Below are positions 7,241 through 17,159 of a stretch of 17,221 bases of DNA, piece after piece. Source of the DNA: Methanobacteriota archaeon (GTDB lineage Archaea; Methanobacteriota; Methanobacteria; Methanobacteriales; Methanobacteriaceae); contig CAWBCJ010000011.1 in NCBI GenBank assembly GCA_963787255.1, positions 1 through 17,221 on the forward strand, given 5' to 3'. The stretch's first letter is position 1, and the number at the start of each line of letters is the position of its first letter. The notes under the pieces were generated by a model, which did not search any database, was not told where the DNA came from, and saw only the letters and a list, made by a program, of their open reading frames with translations. Both the position numbers and the translations under genes were made by a program.

Positions 7241-10117
7241 ATGGTGATTAATTTGACAAATCATAATGTAGAGAAGAAATGGCAGAAGAAATGGCAAGAT
7301 TCAAAACTATTTGAATCTGACCCAGATAATAGGGAAAAAATGTTTTTAACAGTAGCTTACCCTTATCCAAGTGGTGCCATGCACATAGGACACGGTAGAA
7401 CTTACACAGTACCTGATGTATATGCACGTTTTAAAAGAATGCAGGGATACAACGTGCTTTTTCCAATGGGATGGCATGTGACAGGTGCACCTGTAATCGG
7501 AATCGCTAAGAGAATAGCTAGAAAGGATCCCTGGACACTGGATATCTATAAAAACATCCATAAAGTTCCTGAAGATCAGCTTAACGAATTTACAGACCCT
7601 GAATACATTGTAAAATATTTCAGTAGTGAATATCATAATGTAATGCAAAATATGGGTTATTCAATTGACTGGAGACGTGAATTTAGAACTACAGATGCAC
7701 ATTATCAAAAATTTATCGAATGGCAGTTTAGAAAGCTTAAAAGCAAGGGTTTAGTAAGTAAAGGTGAGCATCCAGTAAAATACTGTCCAGGATGTGAAAA
7801 TCCTGTGGGTGATCACGACCTTCTAGAAGGTGAAGGTGTTGGAATTAACGAATTAACAGTAGTTAAATTTGAAATAGATGGTGATTACTTTGTAGCGGCC
7901 ACATTCCGTCCAGAAACGCTGTTTGGTGCTACAAATCTCTGGATAAATCCCGATGAAGAGTATATAAAGGTAGATATGAGTGGTGAAAACTGGATAATAA
8001 GTGAAAAAGCTTACGATAATCTTGTTCATCAAAAAAAGGATATCAAAGTAATTGGAGAAGTAGATGCTCCAGAAATGATAGGTAAATATGTAAAAAACCC
8101 ATTAACAGATGAAAAACATATAATACTCCCTGCATCATTTGTAGATCCAGAATATGCAACTGGTGTAGTTTATTCAGTGCCTGCACATGCTCCAGCTGAT
8201 TACATTGCACTTTGTGACCTTAAAGAAAATGAAGAACTTCTCCAAAAGTACAATGTTAAAGAAAAGGTACTTGAAATCCAGCCAATTAATGTTGTAACCC
8301 TTAATGGGTTTGGAGAATTCCCTGCAGCAGAAATTATTGAAAAATTTGGAGTGCAGAACCAGGAGGATCCTAAACTTAAGGATGCAACCAATGAACTTTA
8401 TAAGCTGGAACATGCAAAAGGAGTTATGTCCGAACATATCGGAGGATATAAAGGATTATCAGTGCAGAAAGCAAGGGATCAGATTATTGAAAATATTCTT
8501 GCTTCCCATAAAGGAGATGTGATGCACGATTTTGCGGAAAGACCAGTAATATGCAGATGTGGGACCAAAGCAGTTGTAAAGATTCTTGAAGATCAGTGGT
8601 TCCTTAAATATTCTAATGAAGAATGGAAAAAACTTGCAAGAGAATGTCTTGAGCAGGAAAAAGTAATTCCCGAAGAAGTAAGGGCAAATTTTGAATATTA
8701 TATCGGCTGGCTGGAAGATTGGGCATGTTCAAGAAGAATAGGTCTTGGAACAAAGCTTCCCTGGGATAAACAATGGTTAATAGAACCATTAAGCGATTCA
8801 ACAATTTACATGGCTTACTATGCAATTGCAAAGTATATGAAAGACCTTAATGCAGATGATCTTGATGATACTTTCTTTGATGACGTTTATTTAAACGGAA
8901 CTGAGTATTCAGGAAATATAGATGATAAAATATTCCATGATATTAAAAATGAATTTAATTATTGGTACCCTCTAAACTGGAGGCTTTCAGCCAAGGATCT
9001 TGTTGGAAATCATCTTTCGTTCCATATTTTCCACCATTCTGCCATATTTCCTAAAGATAAATGGCCAAAAGGTGTTGTAGTATTTGGAATGGGTCTGCTG
9101 GAAGGCCATAAAATGTCTTCTTCAAAGGGAAATGTTATTCTTCTTGAAGATGCCATTGAAACCCACGGAGCAGATGTTGTAAGACTCTTTTTGATGTCCT
9201 CAGCCGAACCATGGCAAGACTTTGATTGGAGAGAAAAAGAAGTAAAAGGGATTAAGAGACGTCTTGAATGGTTCCAGGAATTTACTGACCGCATAGCAGA
9301 GATTAAAGGATCTCCAGTATCTTTAAAATTATTCGAACTTGGTGAAGTTAAAAAATCCATAAATGCATGGATTTTAAGCCAGGTCAACATGCGAATTAAA
9401 GATGCAACAGAAGCACTTGAAGGATTCCAAACAAGAAAGGCACTTCAGGAAGCTTTATTCCTGTTTAAAAAAGATATTGATCACTATCTCCACAGAATAG
9501 AATATGAATTAGAAGATGAGGATGCAAGAGAAGAAATTTCAAATACTCTGATCTATATTTTAAGTAGATGGATACGTCTGATGGCACCATTCATTCCACA
9601 TATCTCAGAAGAAATGTGGAACAATATTGATGGGGAAGGATTTGTATCAAACGCACCATGGCCAGAATATAATGCTGAATTAATAGATGAAAAGGTTCAA
9701 AAGGCTGAAGAAATTGTGCAGGGCCTTGTAAATGACATAAATGAGATAAAGAAAATAACTGACACCCAGCCAGATAAAATACATATTTATCTTGCTTCTC
9801 CATGGAAATGGGATGTATTTGAAATTGCAAAAGAAATAGGAAGGCCAGATATAGGCCGTATAATGGGTGAATCTATAAAGCAGAACATTCATGATAATAA
9901 AAAAGAAATCGCTGAATTTGCAAAGAAAATAGCAAGAGAAATAACTAGGATCAAATATGTAGGTAAAATTGATGAATATTCTATAATTAATGATTCTTTG
10001 GATTTCTTATCAAGGGAGTTGGGTGCTGAAGTGGTTGTATATGAAGAACCAATCTATGATCCGCAAAATAAATCCAGAAATGCAATACCTTATAAACCCG
10101 CTATCTACATGGAATAA
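7241..10117 (+). CDS. leuS: Leucine--tRNA ligase, archaeal type
   Basis: [12 protein letters not shown], editing-domain ATFRPET and SVPAHAP, KMSSS signature, C-terminal AIPYKPAI. The true start may be TTG at 7253, with GGTGA at 7243-7247 as RBS. Confidence 0.97.
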   Translation: MVINLTNHNVEKKWQKKWQDSKLFESDPDNREKMFLTVAYPYPSGAMHIGHGRTYTVPDVYARFKRMQGYNVLFPMGWHVTGAPVIGIAKRIARKDPWTLDIYKNIHKVPEDQLNEFTDPEYIVKYFSSEYHNVMQNMGYSIDWRREFRTTDAHYQKFIEWQFRKLKSKGLVSKGEHPVKYCPGCENPVGDHDLLEGEGVGINELTVVKFEIDGDYFVAATFRPETLFGATNLWINPDEEYIKVDMSGENWIISEKAYDNLVHQKKDIKVIGEVDAPEMIGKYVKNPLTDEKHIILPASFVDPEYATGVVYSVPAHAPADYIALCDLKENEELLQKYNVKEKVLEIQPINVVTLNGFGEFPAAEIIEKFGVQNQEDPKLKDATNELYKLEHAKGVMSEHIGGYKGLSVQKARDQIIENILASHKGDVMHDFAERPVICRCGTKAVVKILEDQWFLKYSNEEWKKLARECLEQEKVIPEEVRANFEYYIGWLEDWACSRRIGLGTKLPWDKQWLIEPLSDSTIYMAYYAIAKYMKDLNADDLDDTFFDDVYLNGTEYSGNIDDKIFHDIKNEFNYWYPLNWRLSAKDLVGNHLSFHIFHHSAIFPKDKWPKGVVVFGMGLLEGHKMSSSKGNVILLEDAIETHGADVVRLFLMSSAEPWQDFDWREKEVKGIKRRLEWFQEFTDRIAEIKGSPVSLKLFELGEVKKSINAWILSQVNMRIKDATEALEGFQTRKALQEALFLFKKDIDHYLHRIEYELEDEDAREEISNTLIYILSRWIRLMAPFIPHISEEMWNNIDGEGFVSNAPWPEYNAELIDEKVQKAEEIVQGLVNDINEIKKITDTQPDKIHIYLASPWKWDVFEIAKEIGRPDIGRIMGESIKQNIHDNKKEIAEFAKKIAREITRIKYVGKIDEYSIINDSLDFLSRELGAEVVVYEEPIYDPQNKSRNAIPYKPAIYME

Positions 10118-10121
10118 TTTT

Positions 10122-10184
10122 CGAAATATTTCGGGCAGTTAAGGTTATTTTACTTATTTTTTTAAAAGTATCATAATTTTTTTT
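10122..10184 (+). terminator. Palindrome and oligo-T tracts after leuS; candidate terminator
   Basis: Perfect palindrome CGAAATATTTCG at 10122-10133, followed by several T runs up to about 10184. Confidence 0.4.
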
Positions 10185-10388
10185 AATATGTTGGAAAAAT
10201 TAATAGATTTTATGATTTTAAATCAAAGAATTTAATTATATGAAAAACCAACTATGCAAAATAGATATTTATAAATATATCGTAATAAACATCTAAAATT
10301 TATAAGTTTAATTTTATAATTAAATTACCAATCTTTTAAAGGCTAATAATAGTTTCAAAAAGTTGGTTGGAATGGAGGAGAAAATTAA

Positions 10389-10790
10389 ATGAAAGATATA
10401 GTAAGAGCTTGGCGCCATATACCACAGCGTTACAGTCTTATCGGCTCAAAATGTTCACAATGCGGAACTGTATTTTTCCCAAAAAGAGTATTATGCCCAG
10501 AATGCCGAAGAAAGGGTAAATTAGAAGATATTCAACTTAAAGGAGAGGGAAAAATCCACACTTACTCTGTTATAAACACCCCTACAGACGAGTTTAAAAC
10601 AATTGCACCTTACGTGGTGGCAATAGTTGAACTTGAAGAAGGGGCAAAACTAACAACCCAAATAGTTGATTGTAAAGTAGAAGACGTTAATATAGGCGAT
10701 GAAGTCGAAATGGTCTTTAGAAGAATAAAAGAAGAAGGCGATGATGGAGTGATATCATATGGATACAAATTCAGACTTAAAAACTGCTAA
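10389..10790 (+). CDS. DUF35 family Zn-ribbon/OB-fold protein
   Basis: KCSQCG..FFPKR..CPEC zinc ribbon, then GEGKIHTYS, PYVVAIVELEEG and IGDEVEMVFRRI OB-fold. RBS GGAGGA. Confidence 0.9.
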   Translation: MKDIVRAWRHIPQRYSLIGSKCSQCGTVFFPKRVLCPECRRKGKLEDIQLKGEGKIHTYSVINTPTDEFKTIAPYVVAIVELEEGAKLTTQIVDCKVEDVNIGDEVEMVFRRIKEEGDDGVISYGYKFRLKNC

Positions 10791-11196
10791 AATAGGTGTA
10801 GTACTTGTAGGGCATGGAAGCAGGCTCCCTTACGGGAAAGATGTTGTAAGCAAGCTCGGTGAAATGTACAAACAAAATTCTGATTATCTTGTTGAGGTAG
10901 GATTTATGAACATGTCCAAACCTTCAATACCTGCGGCAATAAACATGCTTGCAAAACAGGGTGTCCAAAAGATAATTGTAACACCTGTCTTTTTAGCTCA
11001 CGGTGTTCACACAAAACAGGATATTCCACATATCCTTGGTTTGGATGACAGCCACGAACATGGACACGGTCACAGCCATCACGAAGAAGAAACTGAAGAA
11101 ATTGAATTTGAAGGCGAAATTATCTATACCGAACCTCTTGGTGCCGATGCAAGACTCGTGGAGATAATAAGCGACAGAGTGGCAGGCGCCCTCTAA
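10759..11196 (+). CDS. cfbA: Sirohydrochlorin nickel/cobalt chelatase, small type (CfbA/CbiX-S)
   Basis: VGHGSR and PVFLAHGVH His ligands, a His-rich insert HEHGHGHSHH and EPLG; 145 aa. Overlaps the DUF35 gene by 32 nt. Confidence 0.9.
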   Translation: MDTNSDLKTAKIGVVLVGHGSRLPYGKDVVSKLGEMYKQNSDYLVEVGFMNMSKPSIPAAINMLAKQGVQKIIVTPVFLAHGVHTKQDIPHILGLDDSHEHGHGHSHHEEETEEIEFEGEIIYTEPLGADARLVEIISDRVAGAL

Positions 11197-11234
11197 CATT
11201 CCTTTTTTTAATTAAATAATAAACGGTTATAAAA

Positions 11235-12260
11235 ATGGCCCCTAAAGTTTCAGATATTGGGGAAAAAGAACTGATAAAGCGTATTTTAAAAAAAAGCAGT
11301 TCAAAGATAATTAATTCTTCTTTTTTTGATAATTTAGGGATTAAAAGCTTAAATGACGATGCAGCGCTCATTAATTTTGGAGATAAGTATCTAGTTGCTA
11401 CTTCAGACATTTTATTTAAATCTGCTCATTTTCCCCCAGAAATGACCCCTGATCAGATGGGAGAAAAAGTTGTAACCGTAAATGTGAGTGATTTAGCTGC
11501 AATGGGATCTAAACCCATAGGAATTATCATTGCCGTTGGTTTACCTAAAGAAATGCCCTTGGATGATTTTGACAAGCTAATTGATGGAATTTTAAAGGGA
11601 TGCTCCAAATATGAAATGATGCTAATTGGCGGGGATACAAACGAATCTCGAGAATTAACCATATCCGGAACTTGTTTAGGAATTGTAGGAAAAGAGGAAG
11701 TTCTAATGAAAGATGGTGCATCCCCTGGTGACATTGTTGCTGTTACGGGCACTCTTGGGCTAGCAGCTGCAGGCTTTGAAACCTTATTTAACCCTGAACT
11801 TGAATTTAAAGATTTAGATGAAAATTACAAAAATCTTATACTAAAACATGCTCTGAATCCAGAAGCTAAATCGAAAGAAGGATTTTTACTTGCAAAAAGT
11901 GGGTTTGTAACATCGGCTACTGACATAACTGACGGTCTTGCAAGTGAGATTGGAGAATTAATTAATGCAAGCAGTAATAATATTGGAATAACTATTTATG
12001 AAGAATGTATCCCTATAAATGATGCAGTGCTTGAAGTAGCTCGAAAGGTATTTAAAAATCCCTTAGAATTTGCATTATATTACGGCGAAGATTTTGAACT
12101 TCTTTTAACTGTTAAAAAAGATACTTTTGAACAAATTAGCGCTGAAATTCCGCTCCATAAAATAGGGGAAGTTACTTCTTCAGGTAAAATGATTTTAGTT
12201 TGCAAAAATGGGGCCGAAGAAATATTAAAGCCTCGTGGTTATGAACATTTGACCAGATAA
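11235..12260 (+). CDS. thiL: Thiamine-monophosphate kinase
   Basis: GEKELI, DDAA, NVSDLAAMG, LIGGDT, TDITDGL, GEDFELL and C-terminal GYEH motifs. Confidence 0.96.
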   Translation: MAPKVSDIGEKELIKRILKKSSSKIINSSFFDNLGIKSLNDDAALINFGDKYLVATSDILFKSAHFPPEMTPDQMGEKVVTVNVSDLAAMGSKPIGIIIAVGLPKEMPLDDFDKLIDGILKGCSKYEMMLIGGDTNESRELTISGTCLGIVGKEEVLMKDGASPGDIVAVTGTLGLAAAGFETLFNPELEFKDLDENYKNLILKHALNPEAKSKEGFLLAKSGFVTSATDITDGLASEIGELINASSNNIGITIYEECIPINDAVLEVARKVFKNPLEFALYYGEDFELLLTVKKDTFEQISAEIPLHKIGEVTSSGKMILVCKNGAEEILKPRGYEHLTR

Positions 12261-12703
12261 TTTTATTATTTTGTTATATTTTAAAACAATTCACCCTACT
12301 TAAATTCAATTAAAATAAGAATTAACGTTGGCATCCGAAATTTGAGGTTGAAATGGACTCGAATACCAACATCAATAATTTATTTTCAGCGTATAAATAG
12401 TTGTTCGCTCATGACAAATGAAGCGCTAAATTATCTAAATTTGGAGCAAATTTAACGAATCACGCTTATTCCATCAAAAAACACCTTAAAATAGCTAAAT
12501 ACAGAATTCAAAGCATATAATACTATAAGAATCAGATAATAAAGATGAATGTGTTGTTTTATTAACTATCTAATTATTTTTATATCAAGTAAAACAAAAA
12601 AATACATAATAAATTTTACAGAATTAATATTATTTATTAATTCTCATTAAACTCCAAAATCCAATATTTAAATATTATTATTAAATTATAAAGAGGGTTT
12701 ATT

Positions 12704-13711
12704 ATGAAAAAAGAAGTCCTTACATATGATAAAGTCGGAGATAACTTAAACTGCAAGGTTTGTGAGAGAAGATGCATTATCAAAAAGGGAAATGTTGGTT
12801 TCTGCAGGATGAGAGAAAATATCGGAGATAAGATTTGCGCACTGAACTACGCTGCTGCTTCATCAGTGGCTGTTGACCCCATAGAAAAAAAGCCTCTTTT
12901 CCATTTTTACCCTGGTTCAACTGTTTTTTCACTTGGAAGTGTAGGCTGCAATTTTAGGTGCAAGCACTGCCAGAACTGGAATATCTCCCAGGCAGATTTA
13001 GAAGAAATTCCAACACAAGAAATACTTCCAGAAGAAGCAATAAGGCTTACAAAACAATATGGATGCAAGTCAATTGCTTGGACCTATAACGAACCAACCA
13101 TGTGGTTTGAATACACTTATGATTGTGCAAAACTTGCAAAAAAAGAAGATATAGCCACAGTATATGTAACAAATGGATACATGAGTGAAGAATCATTTAA
13201 TCTTATTAAACCTTATTTAGATGCTGCAAATATTGATTTAAAGGGCATGTCAGATAAATTCTATCGAGATCTATGTCAAGCTAATCTTCAGCCGGTTTTA
13301 GACAATATTAAACGATTTTATGACAATAAAATACATATAGAAATAACAAATCTACTAATTCCCGATTACAATGATTCTGAAGAAGATGTTAAAGCTTTAA
13401 TAGACTTTATGGTTGAAGAAACAGGAACAGAAGTTCCCTTACACTTTACAAGATTTTTTCCATACTATGAATTAGGTCAGCTCCCACCTACACCGGTAGA
13501 ATCTCTTAGAAGGGCCTACAATATGGCTAAAGAAGCAGGAATGGAATACGTGTACATTGGAAACGTTTCTACAGGCGGTGAAGAAAGTACACTTTGTCCT
13601 GAATGTGGAAAAGTCCTTATACAAAGAAACGGGTTTGAAGTTATGGATGACAAGCTTAAAGAAACACGTAAATGTCCAACCTGTAAAGCTCCAATTAACA
13701 TCATAACCTGA
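12704..13711 (+). CDS. amrS: AmmeMemoRadiSam-system radical SAM enzyme (PFL-activase-like)
   Basis: CNFRCKHC (Cx3Cx2C), DPIEKKPLFHFYPG, TYNEP, NIDLKG, PLHFTRFFP and YVYIGNV, plus N- and C-terminal CxxC clusters. Confidence 0.9.
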   Translation: MKKEVLTYDKVGDNLNCKVCERRCIIKKGNVGFCRMRENIGDKICALNYAAASSVAVDPIEKKPLFHFYPGSTVFSLGSVGCNFRCKHCQNWNISQADLEEIPTQEILPEEAIRLTKQYGCKSIAWTYNEPTMWFEYTYDCAKLAKKEDIATVYVTNGYMSEESFNLIKPYLDAANIDLKGMSDKFYRDLCQANLQPVLDNIKRFYDNKIHIEITNLLIPDYNDSEEDVKALIDFMVEETGTEVPLHFTRFFPYYELGQLPPTPVESLRRAYNMAKEAGMEYVYIGNVSTGGEESTLCPECGKVLIQRNGFEVMDDKLKETRKCPTCKAPINIIT

Positions 13712-13902
13712 TTGCATTGATATTTTTCTAAAATACAGCTCAAATATACACTAATTACAATCAAAATAGCCTACTAGTAGATTTATGCATTAATGGGCTT
13801 AAAAACATTATTTTTGCAATTAATATCCTAATTTAACATGTATTACGTGATTGTCTTGATTCTAATAAACATACCCTAAAATAAAGCTTTAGAAGGTAAA
13901 TT

Positions 13903-15588
13903 ATGGAAAAAGAGGACGAATTACTTAAAAATGCTAAAAAAGCCCTCAAAGAATTTGATGCATCACAATCTTTGCTTGTGAAAGCTTTAAAAGAAAAAGA
14001 AGAATTAGAAAAAGTACATGCCAAGTTAAAATTAAAAGCTCAAGAACGGGCGAATGAACTTAAAAAGTCAAATAATTACTTGAAAAGAGAAATAGAAGAG
14101 CATAAAAAGGCTGAAGAAAAGGCAAATATATTGGCAAATATTGTTGAATCATCAGATGATGGAATAATCAGTTTAGCACTTGATGGAACTATCACAAGCT
14201 GGAATAAAGGTGCAGAAGAAGTATACGGCTATTCTGCTGAAGAAATGATTGGAAAGGGACCTCATTCTTTGCTTGATCCTTCTCAATATGAACATATATA
14301 CAAAAGCATAGATAAAATTAAAAAAGGGGAAAATATTGTACATTATGAGGCTAAAAGGCACCAAAAAGATGGTGAAGAAATATATGTATCTGTAAATTTA
14401 TCACCTATAAAAAATCAGGATAGAAAAATTACGGGAATATCCGTAATCGCAAGAGACATTACAGAGCGTAAAAAAGTTGAAGAAGCTTTGAGGGAAAGTG
14501 AACGCCAATACCGTGCTCTATATGACGATAATCCTTCCATGTATTTTACTTTGGATTCTGAAAACATGATACTATCTGTAAATCGGTTTGGAGCCGGACA
14601 ACTTGGTTATAGTGTTTCGGAATTGATTGGGAAATCTATATTAAATGTATTTTACGAAAAAGATAGGGAAAGTGCAGCGCAAAATATGAAGCACAGTGTA
14701 GAAAATTTGGGCCAAGTTTTTCAATGGGAACAGCGCAAAGTTCGAAAAAACGGCAGCCTATTGTGGGTAAGAGAAACTGCACGTGCTGTAAAAGGATCTG
14801 ATGGAAAAATTGTCATTTTCATCGTATGTGAAGATATAACAGATCGTAAAAAAGCAGAAGAAGAATTACATGAAACAATAGAAGAATTGAGACGTTCAAA
14901 TTATGAACTCCAACAATTTGCTTATATAACATCTCATGACTTGCAAGAACCACTTCGTACTATTGCAAGTTTCACGCAACTTCTTGAAAAAAGATATAAA
15001 GGCAATCTTGATAAAGATGCCGATGAGTATATTGACTTTATAGTAGATGCTGCAACGCGAATGAAAGAAATGATACAGGGTTTACTCAATTATTCCCGTA
15101 TTGGAACTAAAGGTGCCGAATTTAGGCCAACAGATGTAAATAAAGCCCTAAATGATGCTATTTCCAATTTAAAAAGTACAATAGATGAAAATAATGCAGA
15201 AATCATCAATGATTCTCTTCCAACTGTCCTTGGTGATAAAAGACTTCTGGTTCAATTATTCCAGAACCTAATCGGAAATGCTATTAAATTTAAAAAACCA
15301 GATGAACCTCCAAAAATTCATATTTCAGTAAGCAAAGATGAAAAAAACAATGAATATGTTTTTAAAGTTTCAGATAACGGCATAGGGATGGAATCTAAAT
15401 ATACAGATAAAATATTTGAAGTTTTCAAGAGGCTCCACACCATTGACGAATATAAAGGTGCAGGAATAGGTTTAGCCCTCAGCAAAAGAATAGTAGAACG
15501 TCACGGTGGGCGTATATGGGTCGAGTCAGAGTTCGGTAAAGGTTCTATATTTTATTTTACACTTCCCCTCTTTATCATGGACAGATGA
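13903..15588 (+). CDS. Cytoplasmic PAS-PAS sensor histidine kinase
   Basis: N-terminal coiled coil and two PAS/PAC domains (ESSDDGII...SWNKGAEEVYGY...ARDITERK; CEDITDRK). H-box SHDLQEPLRTI, N-box QNLIGNAIKF, G1 DNGIG, F-box IFEVFKRL, G2 GAGIGL. No TM segment is evident. Confidence 0.95.
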   Translation: MEKEDELLKNAKKALKEFDASQSLLVKALKEKEELEKVHAKLKLKAQERANELKKSNNYLKREIEEHKKAEEKANILANIVESSDDGIISLALDGTITSWNKGAEEVYGYSAEEMIGKGPHSLLDPSQYEHIYKSIDKIKKGENIVHYEAKRHQKDGEEIYVSVNLSPIKNQDRKITGISVIARDITERKKVEEALRESERQYRALYDDNPSMYFTLDSENMILSVNRFGAGQLGYSVSELIGKSILNVFYEKDRESAAQNMKHSVENLGQVFQWEQRKVRKNGSLLWVRETARAVKGSDGKIVIFIVCEDITDRKKAEEELHETIEELRRSNYELQQFAYITSHDLQEPLRTIASFTQLLEKRYKGNLDKDADEYIDFIVDAATRMKEMIQGLLNYSRIGTKGAEFRPTDVNKALNDAISNLKSTIDENNAEIINDSLPTVLGDKRLLVQLFQNLIGNAIKFKKPDEPPKIHISVSKDEKNNEYVFKVSDNGIGMESKYTDKIFEVFKRLHTIDEYKGAGIGLALSKRIVERHGGRIWVESEFGKGSIFYFTLPLFIMDR

Positions 15589-15622
15589 ATTCCCTTTAGG
15601 GGATTTAAAAGGAAATAAAATT

Positions 15623-15758
15623 GTGAAAAATGTTCAATATATTAATCCTGATGGTTTAAATAAGGAATCCTCCAGCAATAACTGTTGTTTTTGTTTCTTC
15701 ACTTGCTAATCCTGATTTTCTAATTGAAATAGACGCAATTGCCGTAATTCCTGAATAA
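15623..15758 (+). pseudogene. RidA/YjgF/UK114-family relic with the central portion deleted
   Basis: GTG at 15623 (AGGA upstream) gives MKNVQYINPDGLNK. The +1 frame from 15666 gives NPPAITVVFVSSLANPDFLIEIDAIAVIPE*, the typical Rid C-terminus. The total is 44 residues, roughly a third of a Rid protein. Confidence 0.75.
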
Positions 15759-15898
15759 AAAGAATATTTTTGAATAATTTATACGTTCAAAGATAAATTC
15801 TATATTTTTAGTCCATTGAAAGAAACATTAAATAAATATAATAATCCTGTCTACAATAATATACATCCACGCTAAATCTGTTCCAGAGGCAAATATAG

Positions 15899-16978
15899 AT
15901 GAATTTCGAAAAAATAATTATTTTAATAATGTTTTTTATATTTTTAGCAGCTTTTGCAATGTTAAGCTATTCAACTAATGTTGAATCCACGGATTTATCA
16001 TTAATAAATGACGTTAAGCATATTTCAAAAGAAATAGGACCAAGACCTGCCGGATCCCAAAAAGAACAAAATACTGCAGAATATCTTCAATCAAGATTTA
16101 ATGATTATGGAGTTTCAACCCAAATACAGGAATTTCAGTACTATTCACTGGATTCAAAGGATACTAAAAAGTCACAAAATGTTATAGGAACCATTAATGG
16201 AACTTCTAAAGAACAGATCATCATATGTGCCGATTTAGACACTTATAAAGATAAAATAAGCAGCAACTATACTGAAGGTGCTAATGATGATGCAACCGGT
16301 CTTGCAATACTTATAGGGCTTGCAAAAAAATATCAGCGAGAAAAACCTTATTTTACAATAAAAATAATAGGATTTGGGGCAAGTGAAGATGAATATACAT
16401 TTCCACAAGTTATAAGCCCCCGAACCAGCTTAAATTCAGAAAAATATAATAAAATCATGTACATTCCGTATTTAGTGGGCGCACGTCATTACCTCCTTGA
16501 AAATCAGGATTCGATTAATAATACAGTGGCAGTTATAAGTTTAGAGGCTGTTGGAATTGGTGATCCCTGTTTTGTAAATCAAGATTCCTTTGTTGAAAAT
16601 AATCAATCGTTTGTAAATTTTTTAGTTTTAAATGCTCGAATTAATGGTTTTAATGCTGAAAAAATTGATTTTATGACTTTCAATAGATCTATTGGTGGTG
16701 AAGCTCCAATTAGCCACGTTTATCTGCCTTTCTCTTATGCAAATATTCCATCCACATTTTTAACCTGTATGAAAAATCCAGATACTACTTCTATGGTTCA
16801 CAAAAATCTAGAAATGCCGGGCTATCTTACAGTGGCCGATGACTATGAAAACATGGTAAAAAACAACGGCGACGAAAAAAAGCTTCAAGAGCATCTTTAT
16901 TCAGTATTATACCTTGTTGAAGATAGCATAAACGGAATATTCCGATTATATACATATAAAACCTTTTTTAAAGATTAA
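15899..16978 (+). CDS. Exported or membrane-anchored M28 peptidase-fold protein with a degenerate active site
   Basis: Hydrophobic N-terminus; M28 scaffold motifs IGPRPAGS, SQNVIGT, GANDDATG, PF...IPS and YxTxxD. Both His ligands and one Glu are substituted. Confidence 0.8.
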   Translation: MNFEKIIILIMFFIFLAAFAMLSYSTNVESTDLSLINDVKHISKEIGPRPAGSQKEQNTAEYLQSRFNDYGVSTQIQEFQYYSLDSKDTKKSQNVIGTINGTSKEQIIICADLDTYKDKISSNYTEGANDDATGLAILIGLAKKYQREKPYFTIKIIGFGASEDEYTFPQVISPRTSLNSEKYNKIMYIPYLVGARHYLLENQDSINNTVAVISLEAVGIGDPCFVNQDSFVENNQSFVNFLVLNARINGFNAEKIDFMTFNRSIGGEAPISHVYLPFSYANIPSTFLTCMKNPDTTSMVHKNLEMPGYLTVADDYENMVKNNGDEKKLQEHLYSVLYLVEDSINGIFRLYTYKTFFKD

Positions 16979-17159
16979 ATAATTGCTTTTTTTATATACA
17001 TATACATGATACCTTTTTAAAATTTCATTTTAAATGTAATATCCACTAAATAAAACTATTTTTACCAATAAGGCTTTTAAAATGGAAATAACCGTTTAAC
17101 AAAAGGTTTATTAATAAGCTAGTATAATACAAAATTAAAAATTCATAGGAGGTGATTAA

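Noticed and set aside
7346-9892. Nested ORFs in leuS and the KMSSS variant of KMSKS
   Set aside because: The nested ORFs are shadows or alternative frames, and KMSSS is an ordinary class I synthetase variant.
12342-12455. Short plus-strand open frame in the thiL-amrS gap
   Set aside because: Only a TTG start, no RBS and no recognisable similarity.
13771-13780. Palindrome CTACTAGTAG upstream of the kinase
   Set aside because: A single 10-bp instance with no repeat noticed elsewhere; insufficient support.
10993-14364. Minus-strand ORFs over cfbA, thiL, amrS and the kinase
   Set aside because: Antisense shadows with no independent coding signal.
15506-15709. 67-aa ORF with an apparent Cys-rich tail (CCFCFFTC)
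   Set aside because: A chimera of an alternative frame of the kinase end and out-of-frame reading of the RidA relic.
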